A stretch of 64,000 nt of DNA, taken from assembly GCA_965214035.1 (NCBI GenBank), contig OZ243932.1, positions 937,215 through 1,001,214 on the forward strand, given 5' to 3'. The notes beneath the pieces were generated by a model. That model did not search any database. It had not been told where the DNA came from and was given only the letters and a program-made list of their open reading frames with translations. Position numbers and translations under genes: made by a program. The stretch is from Gammaproteobacteria bacterium. GTDB lineage: Bacteria; Pseudomonadota; Gammaproteobacteria; JAJDYQ01. How positions within the stretch are numbered: the first letter of the stretch is position 1; every line of letters begins with the position of its first letter. Below are positions 1 through 10,812 of this stretch, piece by piece.

Positions 1-2466
1 ACAGCCAGTTATACCGTGGTACTCGATAAACAACCGACCAGTGGCGAGACAGTGACCATCACCATGGCATCCGCAATGACGACTGTCGCCACGGTAACAC
101 CGACAACTCTGACCTTCTCGACAGCCAACTGGAGCATCCGGCAAAGAATAACGGTGACAGGAGTGCAGGATAATATCGACAATGGAGAACGCAGGATAAC
201 GGTCACACACAACATATCATCCTCCCTTGGTGGCTCCGCTGCCTACAACATCCTGCCCGCACAGACAGTGACCGTAACGGTAACCGACGACGACGAAGCA
301 GGCCTGATATTCGGACAGCTATCCGGCCCCAACAGAATATCCGTCATAGAAGATAGCGACAGCAGCGCCTACACAGTAAATCTGGCGACCATACCGACAG
401 CGAATGTGACAGTGACCATCACCGGCAATGCCGGCACCGACCTGGCACTGAGCGACAACCAACTGATATTCATGGTAACCAACTGGGACCAGCCACAGGA
501 AATACTGGTGACGGCAAATAGCGACCCCGACAGCAACAACGACAGAGTGACACTGACGCACACAGCCGAAGGTGGCGGCTATGACACAGTGGCAGAGGCA
601 ATAGCGGTCAATATCGCCGATGATGAAAGCATGACCGCCGGCGTAACCACCAGCCCGTCAGCCATCAGAGTCAATGAAAACGGCGGAATAGCCAGCTACA
701 CCGTAGTGCTGGATGCCCCACCGATGGCCAATGTGGTCATCACAGTGGCCTCCTCCGATGAAGACGTGATGACAGTAAGCCCGACCAGTCTGATCTTTAC
801 CCCGCTGAACTGGGGCATAGAACAGGCGGTCACAGTGATCGGCATTGATGATGGTACCGACACACCGGTCAGCCGCACGGCAACCAGCCGTCATGCCATT
901 GCCAACAACGGCGGCGATGGTGCAGGCTACCCGGACGATGGCAGCCTGATGATTGACCCTGTGGCAGTGACAGTGACGAGTGCTGCACAACTGACCACCA
1001 ACAACACTCTGACGGCACAGGAGATGGAAATGCAGACAGCCCAACAGACCTGGTTACCGCGCTTTGGCCTGACAGCGATGCAGCATGTACTATCGGGCCT
1101 GAACTACCGATTCTCAGTGGTTGATCCGCCGCCGGGCCTGTCCGGCAACCTGAACGGCCTGCCGAACATTAGCCATGCACCGATGGCAAAAGCAAACCTG
1201 CGTGGCCTGGGTGCAGATGGTTTTGGTCATGGTCATACCAACAAAGATGGCTTTGGTGCCGGTTCAGTTGATCGCCTGTTCAACCTGTCACGGTCATGGT
1301 CGTTATCGCTGCAAAACATGCTGCGTGGCAGCCACTTCATGTACAGCGACAAAGACAGCGTGTCAATCTGGGGCAGGGTACTGTACTCACAGTACGAAGA
1401 CAAAGCGGATGGTGTTCTGGTAACAGGCGATGTAACGACCGGCATCCTGGGTGTGGACAGCGACAACGGGCGCACACTGACCGGCATGGCACTATCGTAC
1501 AGCGATGGTAAGAGCGACTGGAAAGGCACCCTGGGCCAAGGCAAACTAACGAGCACCCTGACATCGCTGATACCGTATATTCAACACACCGTAGCGGACC
1601 GCCTGCAAGTCTGGGCAGCGGCAGGCTACGGTCGTGGCGATCTGAAGCAAACCTCCACCACATCGGCAGACACAAGGCAAAGCCTTGAGCAGATATCGGC
1701 ATCGGCAGGTTTACGCGGCACACTGCTGGAACACCCCGGCCTGACACTGGCACTGATTTCGGATGCGACCCTGGTATATAACAAACTGCATGACTCCATC
1801 CATGCGTCGGGTATGGAAACCAACATACGGCGATTACGCATGGGTCTGGAATGGTCCTGGCAATTACCGCAGGAAGACGGAGGCCGGCTGATTCCGCGGC
1901 TGGAACTGGGTGTTCTGCATGATGATGGAGATACTCAGGGTGGTCTGGGTACGGAACTGGGTGGTGGTGTGAGCTGGGAATCACCCTCCAGAGGTCTGAC
2001 CCTGGAACTGCTGGCCCGCCGCCTGCTGCACCATCAAGCATCGGCGCGTCGCGAATGGGGCCTGTCAGGGGCACTGCGCCTTGACACGAGACCGGACTCA
2101 GCGCATGGCCTGTCACTCAGCCTGCATCAGGAATATGGCAACGCACCGGCATCCGGCGGGCTGGACAGACTGCTATCGGGAACCCTGTCCGACTCATTGA
2201 CCGACAACCCGTCAGAACCGGGGGCCATAGCAAGGCGTTGGAAACTCAATGGTGAATGGGGGCTTGCCCTCGATAATGGAGCCACAGGCATACCCTATGC
2301 GGGCCTGTCCTCATCCGGTTCACAACGCGAACTGAGCCTCGGTTTACGCCTGCTATCGATATCCGGTGGACTGCGTAAAGAGCTGGATATGAGAGCAGTT
2401 CAGCAACAGGAAAGCAACGGCAAAGCCAACCACAAAATCGGTGCCGAAATGAAGTTGAGCTGGTAG
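1..2466 (+). CDS. Giant repeat-containing surface protein, copy 0; only the 3' portion is in the window. Calx-beta-like and Ig-like repeats plus a C-terminal autotransporter-like beta-barrel domain.
   Basis: The frame is open from nt 1, with the repeat motif SYTVVLD at the window start. The repeats follow the form ..NW.QPQ..VTA..D.D..V.LTHTA.GG.Y. The C-terminal ~480 aa (MEMQTAQQTWLPRFGLT...KLSW) is homologous to the C-termini of the other two copies and ends in an aromatic residue, as autotransporter barrels do. Confidence 0.8.
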   Translation, partial: TASYTVVLDKQPTSGETVTITMASAMTTVATVTPTTLTFSTANWSIRQRITVTGVQDNIDNGERRITVTHNISSSLGGSAAYNILPAQTVTVTVTDDDEAGLIFGQLSGPNRISVIEDSDSSAYTVNLATIPTANVTVTITGNAGTDLALSDNQLIFMVTNWDQPQEILVTANSDPDSNNDRVTLTHTAEGGGYDTVAEAIAVNIADDESMTAGVTTSPSAIRVNENGGIASYTVVLDAPPMANVVITVASSDEDVMTVSPTSLIFTPLNWGIEQAVTVIGIDDGTDTPVSRTATSRHAIANNGGDGAGYPDDGSLMIDPVAVTVTSAAQLTTNNTLTAQEMEMQTAQQTWLPRFGLTAMQHVLSGLNYRFSVVDPPPGLSGNLNGLPNISHAPMAKANLRGLGADGFGHGHTNKDGFGAGSVDRLFNLSRSWSLSLQNMLRGSHFMYSDKDSVSIWGRVLYSQYEDKADGVLVTGDVTTGILGVDSDNGRTLTGMALSYSDGKSDWKGTLGQGKLTSTLTSLIPYIQHTVADRLQVWAAAGYGRGDLKQTSTTSADTRQSLEQISASAGLRGTLLEHPGLTLALISDATLVYNKLHDSIHASGMETNIRRLRMGLEWSWQLPQEDGGRLIPRLELGVLHDDGDTQGGLGTELGGGVSWESPSRGLTLELLARRLLHHQASARREWGLSGALRLDTRPDSAHGLSLSLHQEYGNAPASGGLDRLLSGTLSDSLTDNPSEPGAIARRWKLNGEWGLALDNGATGIPYAGLSSSGSQRELSLGLRLLSISGGLRKELDMRAVQQQESNGKANHKIGAEMKLSW

Positions 2467-2529
2467 CGACAAACACCGTTTTCCGGGGCCATAGACACCA
2501 CCGGATGGACTCATATAACGACAAACAGG

Positions 2530-2811
2530 CTACAAACCACTCTTCTGCTGCTGTAGCTTCCGGGCAAGATCAAGTAAAGCCTTACGCGCCAGCCTCTCCA
2601 GCTCCGGCATGATGATCGGCAAAGCCTGCTCGACCAGTTGACTGGCCTGAGCGTCGGCGGTTTGCTCTGTATTCGATTCACTGGCAGCCGTGTTATCCAC
2701 AGTGGCAGCAGCGGAAGACCCGGAAGAAGATGCCATGCCCGGCGCAAGCGGCCCCAGACTGACCACATCGGTCAATACCGGGATATTTCGGTTGGCAGGC
2801 TTACCTTTCAT
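2530..2811 (-). CDS. Hypothetical small protein (Ser/Ala-rich, low complexity).
   Basis: The only support is the open reading frame. Confidence 0.2.
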   Translation of the reverse strand: MKGKPANRNIPVLTDVVSLGPLAPGMASSSGSSAAATVDNTAASESNTEQTADAQASQLVEQALPIIMPELERLARKALLDLARKLQQQKSGL

Positions 2812-2857
2812 ATGGGCATTATATAGATAGTGTCGGCGGAATGATGTATTAGTGTTT

Positions 2858-3346
2858 TCAAGTTCCGCCAGTTTGGGAGATGCAATCCATCGTTGTTTTC
2901 AGATAATGCGACATAGTGGGATCGCAATGCAGGTAAATGGAGCCTGTCTGTTTCAGGAGACGCCGGCACTCAATCAGGCGAATCGCCATGTAGGCCAGAT
3001 AAGCGAAGTTATATGGCTTACCGATGCCTTTGATGCCGTTCAGGTAATGGTATAGATCGGGCTGGTCTTCCCGGATGGTTTGCACCCATTCATCTTTCAG
3101 GTCTTCTTCCCGGAAGACATCCTTGAAGCTGGCTTCCTCGGCACTCGAACCGATCGGTGCGGTAAATTTCTTGTTTTTATTGAACGGCGGGTCCAGATAA
3201 ATCAGATCGATGCACTCTGAATTGATGCCCCGCATAATGTCCAGATTGTCATCGCAGAAGACAGTGCGGTTTTTAATGTTGCATTCACTCATGCCGTCAA
3301 CTCCTGATACCCTGGCCGCTTCTGCTCCATGCCCTTTGCGAGACAA
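2858..3346 (-). pseudogene. N-terminal fragment of an N6/N4 DNA methyltransferase (DPPF motif). The C-terminal AdoMet-binding half is missing.
   Basis: The DLIYLDPPFN motif is typical of the N6_N4 MTase family. The ORF stops after 162 aa, no FxGxG motif follows, and the downstream ORF is unrelated. Confidence 0.5.
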
Positions 3347-3484
3347 GCGATCTGAACGATGGTATCGCGTCCCCGGATACTATGCCGTCCTGCAAACTCC
3401 CCTGCATATCTGTCCGGGTGTTTCTCTGACAGGTGGTGGTAAATACCATGATAGCAGGAAATCCGGATTGCCCCGCAACCTTCA

Positions 3485-3922
3485 TCAACTCATATCGTGA
3501 GACTCTGGAGAATAGCCACGTTCCCGATAAAACCTGTATCGCTGTCTGGCCATGCGGGCGACCACCTCATCGCCATCGACAACCTCGCTGACCCGTTCAA
3601 AGCGCTCGAAAAAAAGAGGGACATCACTCGCCAGATTGATCAGGACATCATGCACATCAGCGTCATATTCAGGGCGATCACTAATGACAACAGGGCAATC
3701 CGTTATCGTATCCCCGGCATAAACCTCGTGAGGGATAAAACTTCCCTGCCGCCATGTCCACAGCATATCGTCAACCACTGCGGCCTGACCGTCATCATCT
3801 GTGTGCAACAAAATCCTGTGGCCTTTACGATAAACCTTTTCGACCAGACGACAGACAAAACCCAAACGGCTATCCGGGAAACCGTCTTTCAGAATATAGA
3901 AATCAATGCGTGACATGGGCAC
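3485..3922 (-). CDS. holC: DNA polymerase III chi subunit.
   Basis: The product is 145 aa with an N-terminus like chi (SRIDFYIL...). It lies immediately downstream of pepA, as in E. coli. Confidence 0.75.
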   Translation of the reverse strand: MPMSRIDFYILKDGFPDSRLGFVCRLVEKVYRKGHRILLHTDDDGQAAVVDDMLWTWRQGSFIPHEVYAGDTITDCPVVISDRPEYDADVHDVLINLASDVPLFFERFERVSEVVDGDEVVARMARQRYRFYRERGYSPESHDMS

Positions 3923-3959
3923 TCAACACATGGCAGCACAATATATTGATTACACCAGC

Positions 3960-5444
3960 TCAGGCACAGCGGTTGATGAGAAATTGAATCAACAGAGGCA
4001 CTGGCCGACCGCTGGCACCTTTATCTTTTCCACCACTTTTCCAGGCCGTACCGGCAATATCGATATGTGCCCAGCTAACCCCCTCAGTATAGCGTGAGAG
4101 AAAGCAGGCCGCCGTAATAGAACCCGCGCCGCGGCCGCCTATATTCGCCATATCCGCGAAATGACTGTCAATCTGCTGCTGAAACCTGTCATCCATGGGT
4201 AACTGCCACACCCTGTCCAGGGCATCATCACCGGCGTCAATAACCGCATTGACCAGCTTGTCATCATTGCCCATCACAGCGGAAATATGGTGACCAAGGG
4301 CCACGATCACGGCACCGGTAAGCGTAGCGACATCGATGATCACATCGGGCTTGTATTTTCGCGCATAAGTAAGGGCATCACACAAAATCAACCGGCCTTC
4401 CGCATCAGTATTCAATATCTCGATTGTTTTGCCGGACATCGAAGTGACGACATCACCTGGGCGGGTAGCCTTGCCACCGGGCATATTCTCCGTTGCCGGA
4501 ATGATCCCGACCACATTGATCGGCAATTTCAGGGAAGCCGCCGCCTGTATAGTGCCCAATACCGAACCGGCACCGCACATATCATACTTCATCTCATCCA
4601 TGGCAGCGCCCGGCTTCAATGAAATGCCGCCGGTATCAAAAGTGACACCCTTGCCGACCAGAGCCACAGGTGGCATGGACGGCTTGCCGCCCTGATACTC
4701 CAGCACAATCAACCGGGCCGGTTCAGCGCTGCCGGCGGCCACCGACAACAACGAACCCATGCCCAGCTTCTCCATCCGCGCCTCATTCAACACCCGCACA
4801 TTCAGACTTTCAAACCTGCGACCCAGGGCGCGCGCCTGACCGGCCAGATAAGAAGGCGTAGCGACATTGGCCGGCAGATCACCCAGGCGTCTGGTCAATG
4901 TCATGCCCTCGCCAACCGCCTTACCACGAGACAACACCCTGCGCCCCGCTGCCAAATTCTTTCCGACATAAAACTTTATGGAAATCAATGGATTGGAGGA
5001 TTTTTTGAAAGTACTTTTTAACTCACCTCTGCGATAGGCAGCATTCGACATGGAGCAGGCAGCCTGCTGCAACAGCCAGCCTGAACGACGTCCCTTGACC
5101 CTGATTTCACTCAAAAATATCGCTGCATTTTTACTGCCACCGTGATTGAGCCGACCGAACGCCGTCTCGATCATTTTCACCCAGCAATCGGCATCGCGTT
5201 TATCGTCACTGCCGCATCCGAGCACCAGCACACGGGGACTTTTAATCCCCTCCAGACCATACAGATAAAGCGCCTCCCCGGCGTTACCCTTGATATCGCC
5301 CTGATTGACGGCCTTGCGAATAGCGCCCTTACAGGCCTTATCCAACTGTCTGGCGCTTGCCGTCAGACCGTCGGGGGTAAAGCCGACGACGATACAATCA
5401 GTCGTGGTTTTATGGGGAAGGGTATTGATAGCCTGAAACTTCAT
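3960..5444 (-). CDS. pepA: Leucyl aminopeptidase (M17 family).
   Basis: The product is 494 aa and carries the NTDAEGRL signature. The gene is divergent from lptF. Confidence 0.9.
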   Translation of the reverse strand: MKFQAINTLPHKTTTDCIVVGFTPDGLTASARQLDKACKGAIRKAVNQGDIKGNAGEALYLYGLEGIKSPRVLVLGCGSDDKRDADCWVKMIETAFGRLNHGGSKNAAIFLSEIRVKGRRSGWLLQQAACSMSNAAYRRGELKSTFKKSSNPLISIKFYVGKNLAAGRRVLSRGKAVGEGMTLTRRLGDLPANVATPSYLAGQARALGRRFESLNVRVLNEARMEKLGMGSLLSVAAGSAEPARLIVLEYQGGKPSMPPVALVGKGVTFDTGGISLKPGAAMDEMKYDMCGAGSVLGTIQAAASLKLPINVVGIIPATENMPGGKATRPGDVVTSMSGKTIEILNTDAEGRLILCDALTYARKYKPDVIIDVATLTGAVIVALGHHISAVMGNDDKLVNAVIDAGDDALDRVWQLPMDDRFQQQIDSHFADMANIGGRGAGSITAACFLSRYTEGVSWAHIDIAGTAWKSGGKDKGASGRPVPLLIQFLINRCA

Positions 5445-5537
5445 ATTGTTCTCCGCAGCAGTCCTGCATACCGTGTGTTATGACACCGACAAACCATTTT
5501 GCGTATCATAGCGCACTTTACCAACCTTATGTACCGA

Positions 5538-6647
5538 ATGAACCTGTTGCGACTGACAATACTGGATCGCTATCTGCTGAAAGAAATTTTACAGACACTG
5601 GCCGCCATACTGCTGGTACTGATACTGATCATTCTGAGCAACAAAGCAGCCCGTTTCCTGAAGAATGCAGCATCCGGTGAATGGCCGGTAGAGATCATCA
5701 TGCCGATGCTGGGCCTGACGGCTGTCAGCAGTCTGGCGTTGATCATGCCTGTGGCGGTTTTTCTGGCCGTCCTGTCAGTAACCGGGCGGCTGTACAAAGA
5801 CAATGAAATGACCGTGCTCAACAGTTGCGGCGTGAGCACTTACCGGCTATATCGTCCGCTGGCAATACTCGCCATTATTTTAGGGGCAATAATCGGCCCC
5901 ATGTCATTCTACGTCGTACCGATTGCCAAGCAGGCCGCCCAGATACTGCAAACACAAGCCGAGCAGAACTCAGCAATAACCGGAATAGCACCGGGACGCT
6001 TCCACCAGAGCTCAGGTGGTCGGCGCGTCATCTACATTGAACACATCGATGCCGGTCAGGCCGAAAACATCTTTATCCACGAACGGGACAGAGGCCGATT
6101 CAGCCTGATAACAGCACAAACGGCCAGCCAGCAAGGCGAAGCCGGCACCCTGATTGACCTGCAGGACGGCTATCGCTATCAGGGCGGGCAGGAAACAGCC
6201 GGACACAGCGCCATACAATTCAAGCGCCACTGGATACAGGCCGGACAAAACAGCTCCACCCCCCCCGTGCCGGATCACGAAGCGCTTCAAACCCGGCAAC
6301 TGCTCGGTTCAGACAACCCGTACCACCGGGCCGAACTGCACATGCGGACAATAACCACCCTCAGCCCGATGCTGTTCGCCTTTCTGGGTTTGCCACTGGG
6401 GCGGCTGCAACCACGGGAAGGCCGCTATGGAAAAATCATGCTTGGCGTACTCATCTACATCATCTACTTCAAACTGCTTCGAGTCGGGCAGGAGCTCATG
6501 GAACAGGAAACACTGTCGCCATGGCCGGGGCTCTGGTGGGCACCTCTCGGACTGACCCTGTACCTGCTATGGACCCTGCGCTCCGAATCCGAAGTCAGAT
6601 CGACCAGCTACCGTACCAGCAAAGCCCGCACGACAAACAAAAAATGA
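5538..6647 (+). CDS. lptF: LPS export ABC permease LptF.
   Basis: It is a multi-TM permease with the LDRYLLKEIL N-terminus. Its stop overlaps the lptG start (ATGA). The ATG at 5538 is chosen over the TTG at 5499. Confidence 0.8.
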   Translation: MNLLRLTILDRYLLKEILQTLAAILLVLILIILSNKAARFLKNAASGEWPVEIIMPMLGLTAVSSLALIMPVAVFLAVLSVTGRLYKDNEMTVLNSCGVSTYRLYRPLAILAIILGAIIGPMSFYVVPIAKQAAQILQTQAEQNSAITGIAPGRFHQSSGGRRVIYIEHIDAGQAENIFIHERDRGRFSLITAQTASQQGEAGTLIDLQDGYRYQGGQETAGHSAIQFKRHWIQAGQNSSTPPVPDHEALQTRQLLGSDNPYHRAELHMRTITTLSPMLFAFLGLPLGRLQPREGRYGKIMLGVLIYIIYFKLLRVGQELMEQETLSPWPGLWWAPLGLTLYLLWTLRSESEVRSTSYRTSKARTTNKK

Positions 6648-7708
6648 GCATCCTGGACAGACACATCGGCCGCCACATCATAACCGGCTCCATCATGGCC
6701 CTGCTCATGCTGGTTGGCATTGATCTGGTATTCACCTTTGTTGGCGAGGCATCCGACATAGGCGAGGGCGACTACAGCCTGGGCAAATCCCTGCTGTATG
6801 TCATACTGACCGCACCGAGGCGGGCCTACGACTTCATGCCGATGGCCGCCATCACAGGCAGCCTGGTCATGCTTGGCGGACTGGCCGGGCAGAACGAATT
6901 TACCGCCATGCGCAGTGCCGGCGTATCGACCCGACAGATTGCCGGTGCAGTACTGAAGGGTGGGGCAGTGCTGATTGGGATAGTCATCATACTGGGAGAA
7001 GGCATTGCGCCCTATACAGAACCCTGGGCACAGCAAATGCGTACCTTCGCACGCACCCAGAGCACAGCCCTGAAAAGCCAGCATGGTATCTGGATACGCG
7101 ACGCAAACAGCTTTATCAACATAGGTCAGGTGCATCCGGACGGAAAGCTCTACAACCTCGACATCTACCGGCTGGACGACAACTACCGACTGCAACAACA
7201 CACCCGTGCAAAGCGTGCCGAATACAAAGATGGCACCTGGACCCTGTACAACCTGACCCGCACCCGCATGCAACCGCAGCGACTCCAGACCATCACCGAC
7301 CAACAGGCACCATGGGATGTCCTGCTGGAACCCGAACTGATCAAAGTGCTGGCGGTCAAGCCGGAACAACTGCCGATATGGCGGCTGCACACCTACATGG
7401 CCTACCTGCGCACCAACGGCCTCGACACACGGGCCTACGAATTTGCCCTGTGGGGCAAAATCACCGCCCCCTTCGTCATACCGGTCATGCTGATCATAGC
7501 CATACCATTCATATTCAGCCCGTTACGCACCACCGGCTCCGGTCAACGCATTCTGATTGGCATCATACTGGGCATCAGCTACTACCTGCTATCGCACCTT
7601 ATGGTCAGGGCAGGGCAGCTATACGCCCTCAACCCCATACTCAGCAACACACTGCCCATTGCCATCTTCCTGACAGCCGGCTGGCTGGGCTGGCGAACAA
7701 TACGCTAA
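6644..7708 (+). CDS. lptG: LPS export ABC permease LptG.
   Basis: MSILDRHIGRHI... matches the LptG N-terminus. The ATG at 6644 overlaps the lptF stop. Confidence 0.85.
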   Translation: MSILDRHIGRHIITGSIMALLMLVGIDLVFTFVGEASDIGEGDYSLGKSLLYVILTAPRRAYDFMPMAAITGSLVMLGGLAGQNEFTAMRSAGVSTRQIAGAVLKGGAVLIGIVIILGEGIAPYTEPWAQQMRTFARTQSTALKSQHGIWIRDANSFINIGQVHPDGKLYNLDIYRLDDNYRLQQHTRAKRAEYKDGTWTLYNLTRTRMQPQRLQTITDQQAPWDVLLEPELIKVLAVKPEQLPIWRLHTYMAYLRTNGLDTRAYEFALWGKITAPFVIPVMLIIAIPFIFSPLRTTGSGQRILIGIILGISYYLLSHLMVRAGQLYALNPILSNTLPIAIFLTAGWLGWRTIR

Positions 7709-10482
7709 CCCGTATTCCGCATACCGGCGGCGATGGCATTAATAGTACGCAATATCGGTTCAAGCCAGCGCTCACGTCCGGCCTCCGTACTCTCGTTTTT
7801 ATACCGTCGCAGCAACTCGACCTGAATAAAATTCAGCGGGTCCAGATACAGATTGCGGCGCGTCAGCGACAACAGAATATCCGGCGTTTCCGCCATCAGA
7901 CCATCAGTCCCGGCAACAGCGACAACCATGCGCACCGTGCGCAGATACTCAGTCCGGATAGCCAGAAAAACAGCCTCTGCGCGGGCCGGATCACTATCAA
8001 GGCTGGCATAAGCCTGAGCGATATCCATTTCAGCCTTGAACAGCGCCATCTGCGTATTACTCAAAAACGAATGAAAAAACGGCCACTCCTGATACATGCG
8101 GCGACACAACGCCAGCCGCTCCGGGTCATCACCGATCCACTGCTCCAGAGCGGAACCGACGCCAAACCAGGCCGGCAATGTATGCCGCGACTGCGCCCAG
8201 CCAAAGACCCACGGAATAGCGCGCAATGAACCTCTGGAGCGATCCTGTTTTTCACGATGCGAAGGACGGGAGCCGATATTCATCAGGCCGATTTCACTGA
8301 CTGGCGTTGCCTCATAAAAATAATCAACCAGCTCCTGCGAATCCATCAACTCACGATAAACACGCTCACCGACCTGCGCCATCTCCCGGACGGTCGCTCG
8401 GAACACCGCCGGCACCGCCACAACCGGCTGCACCAGGCCGAGGCTTGCCTTAATCAAACCAGTCATACCGACACCCAGCTCAAAGACAGCGGTTTCCGGA
8501 TTATTATACTTATAGAACAACACCTCCCCCTGCTCGGTGAAGCGGGTTTCCCCCTGCACAGACCCTGGCGGATAAGCCAGCAGCGTATCATGCGTAGGTC
8601 CGCCGCCGCGTGCCATCGTGCCACCCCGGCCATGAAACAGGCGAACCCGCACACCATACCGGCCGGCGATTTCAACAATCCGCTCCTGCGCCTCGTACAA
8701 AGACCAGGCCGAGGCAAAAATCCCGCCATCCTTACAGGAATCCGAATAACCCAGCATAACCTCCTGCAAGTTACCGGCCGCCTGCAACAACCGGGTATAG
8801 ACCCGATTCGAAAACAACTGCTCCAGAACCGGCTCGACATGCGCCAGATCATCGATAGTTTCAAACAGCGGTGCAACCAGCATACGACAAAACGGCGCAT
8901 CCGGCCGGCCACCGACCAGCCCACAGACAGAAGCCAGCAACAACACCTCCATCACATGGCTGGCATCACGTGTCATCGAAATCACATAGGCACCAAACGC
9001 CGCCGGGCTGACCTCCTGCTGCAACCGCTCCATAACCGCAAACACCTCCAGAGTCTGTGCGGTATCGGCAGACAAGGCCGAAACATCCACGCCGGCACAC
9101 GCACCGGACTCAAGCCAGCCGGCCAGCAGCGGCAACCGCTGCGGTTCATCCAGCGCCGCATAATCCACCTGCAACTGCTGTCTGACAATCTCGGCAACCG
9201 CCGCCGAATGCCTCGCCGACTCCTGCCGGACATCCAGCTTGACCAGATGAAAGCCAAAAGTTTCCGCCAGCCGGATCAAATCCGACAACTCCGCATCGGC
9301 CGTTGCCTGATCACCATGTGCAACCAGCGAATCACGGATCAAACAAAGATCATCGATAAAATCCTGCGCCTGCACATAACCCCTCGCCGCCGGCAGCGGT
9401 CCGCCATGTACAGGCTGCATGACAGACTGCAAAGTCTGCTCCAGTTGCACCCGCATCAGGGCCAGCTTGCGGCGATAAGGCTCCGACCGGAAGCGATTCG
9501 GATTGCTGGCAAAAGCCTCCGCACTGAGCCGGCCCTGAGTCTCCAGACTATCGAGCAACGCCTGCGACGGCTGACACATACCGTCAGAAAACGTCAGAAT
9601 ATTACCCAGTTGCACCACCCGGCTCCGATACTCACTCAAAATGACCTCGGCGTGCAGACGCACCGCCTTCTCCGTCGTCTCCGGCAATACAAAAGGATTA
9701 CCGTCACGGTCGCCGCCGATCCAGGAACCGAAGCTCAAAAAGGAAGGAATGCGGATACCGTCACCATAAACCCGCGCCGCGGCATCACCCATACGGCGAT
9801 AAAGCAGCGGCACAGCAATAAACAACGATTCACGGAAATAATACAGACCGGTACGGATCTCATCCTCAACAGAAGGCTTGCGCCCTCGCACCTCATCGGT
9901 TTTCCACAAAGTCTGGATTTGCGCCTCCAGTTGGCGATGCAGACAGTGGCGCTGCTCACGGCTGCTGCCGGTGCCACCCAGTTGCTCGGCCGTGACAAAA
10001 ATTCGCCGCATCAACACCATAATGGAACGACGTCGGGCCTCGGTCGGATGAGCGGTAAAGACAGGCCGAAAAGCCAGTTTCCCCAGCAGAGCCTGCACCT
10101 GCGACACACCCAGGCCACGCCGGTGCAATTCACGAAAAGTGGCATCAAACGAACCCGGCCACGACGTTCCGCTGCGGCCGGCCATAGCCCGTTGGCGGTG
10201 CATAAAAGACTCCTCGGCGATATGCAGCAGGCCGAAAAAGACCGTATAGGCCCGGATTACACGCGACAACAAACCCGGCTCAAGCCGGCGGATACGGCGC
10301 ATCAAACGCCGACGCAAGGCCGGATCATCCTTTTTCCGCAGTTTGCTGAAACCACGGCGCAAAGACTGCACCGTCTTCAAAACCTCAGACTCCTCCTGAG
10401 AACTCAATACATGACCGAGCACATCCCCGAACAGCCGCACCCGACTGCGCAATACCTTGTCATACCTCAACTCAATAGCCAT
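7705..10482 (-). CDS. ppc: Phosphoenolpyruvate carboxylase.
   Basis: The product is 925 aa and contains the VFTAHPTE and FHGRGGT motifs plus the C-terminal AGMRNTG. Confidence 0.9.
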   Translation of the reverse strand: MAIELRYDKVLRSRVRLFGDVLGHVLSSQEESEVLKTVQSLRRGFSKLRKKDDPALRRRLMRRIRRLEPGLLSRVIRAYTVFFGLLHIAEESFMHRQRAMAGRSGTSWPGSFDATFRELHRRGLGVSQVQALLGKLAFRPVFTAHPTEARRRSIMVLMRRIFVTAEQLGGTGSSREQRHCLHRQLEAQIQTLWKTDEVRGRKPSVEDEIRTGLYYFRESLFIAVPLLYRRMGDAAARVYGDGIRIPSFLSFGSWIGGDRDGNPFVLPETTEKAVRLHAEVILSEYRSRVVQLGNILTFSDGMCQPSQALLDSLETQGRLSAEAFASNPNRFRSEPYRRKLALMRVQLEQTLQSVMQPVHGGPLPAARGYVQAQDFIDDLCLIRDSLVAHGDQATADAELSDLIRLAETFGFHLVKLDVRQESARHSAAVAEIVRQQLQVDYAALDEPQRLPLLAGWLESGACAGVDVSALSADTAQTLEVFAVMERLQQEVSPAAFGAYVISMTRDASHVMEVLLLASVCGLVGGRPDAPFCRMLVAPLFETIDDLAHVEPVLEQLFSNRVYTRLLQAAGNLQEVMLGYSDSCKDGGIFASAWSLYEAQERIVEIAGRYGVRVRLFHGRGGTMARGGGPTHDTLLAYPPGSVQGETRFTEQGEVLFYKYNNPETAVFELGVGMTGLIKASLGLVQPVVAVPAVFRATVREMAQVGERVYRELMDSQELVDYFYEATPVSEIGLMNIGSRPSHREKQDRSRGSLRAIPWVFGWAQSRHTLPAWFGVGSALEQWIGDDPERLALCRRMYQEWPFFHSFLSNTQMALFKAEMDIAQAYASLDSDPARAEAVFLAIRTEYLRTVRMVVAVAGTDGLMAETPDILLSLTRRNLYLDPLNFIQVELLRRYKNESTEAGRERWLEPILRTINAIAAGMRNTG

Positions 10483-10645
10483 AAAAGCAACCCGTGCGAC
10501 ACCGATCCACCGATAAAACAGCGCATTATAACCGGTAAAATCCCTTCATAAAGGCAGCCGTGACCACAAACCCCGACCCAATACACCATAAATTTCGACA
10601 AAAAATACAATTTATGCTAAAAAAGCTGTTTTTTTGCTGACCGGC

Positions 10646-10654
10646 TGCTATAAT
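10646..10654 (+). promoter_or_regulatory. Candidate extended -10 promoter element (TGcTATAAT) reading toward giant gene copy 1.
   Basis: The sequence TGCTATAAT lies ~340 nt upstream of the ATG at 10992. It is conserved at 26632..26640 upstream of copy 2. Confidence 0.3.
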
Positions 10655-10812
10655 TCAGGAAACAAAGGCCAACTGAACCGCTTGCCAGTGATGGCAGGCT
10701 GATTCAAGATAAGCCCGACCCTGTCGGCGGGCACGGTATCCGGCCCTTGCAACGGATACCACAAACAGTAACCGATAATCGGAAATTGATAAAAACACAC
10801 GACGGAGGATAA

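Noticed and set aside
8257-10551. 764-aa plus-strand ORF antisense to ppc, and 7312..8229+ overlapping the lptG end.
   Set aside because: The opposite strand encodes a well-conserved PEP carboxylase. The antisense translation is R/Q/H-rich junk with no motifs.
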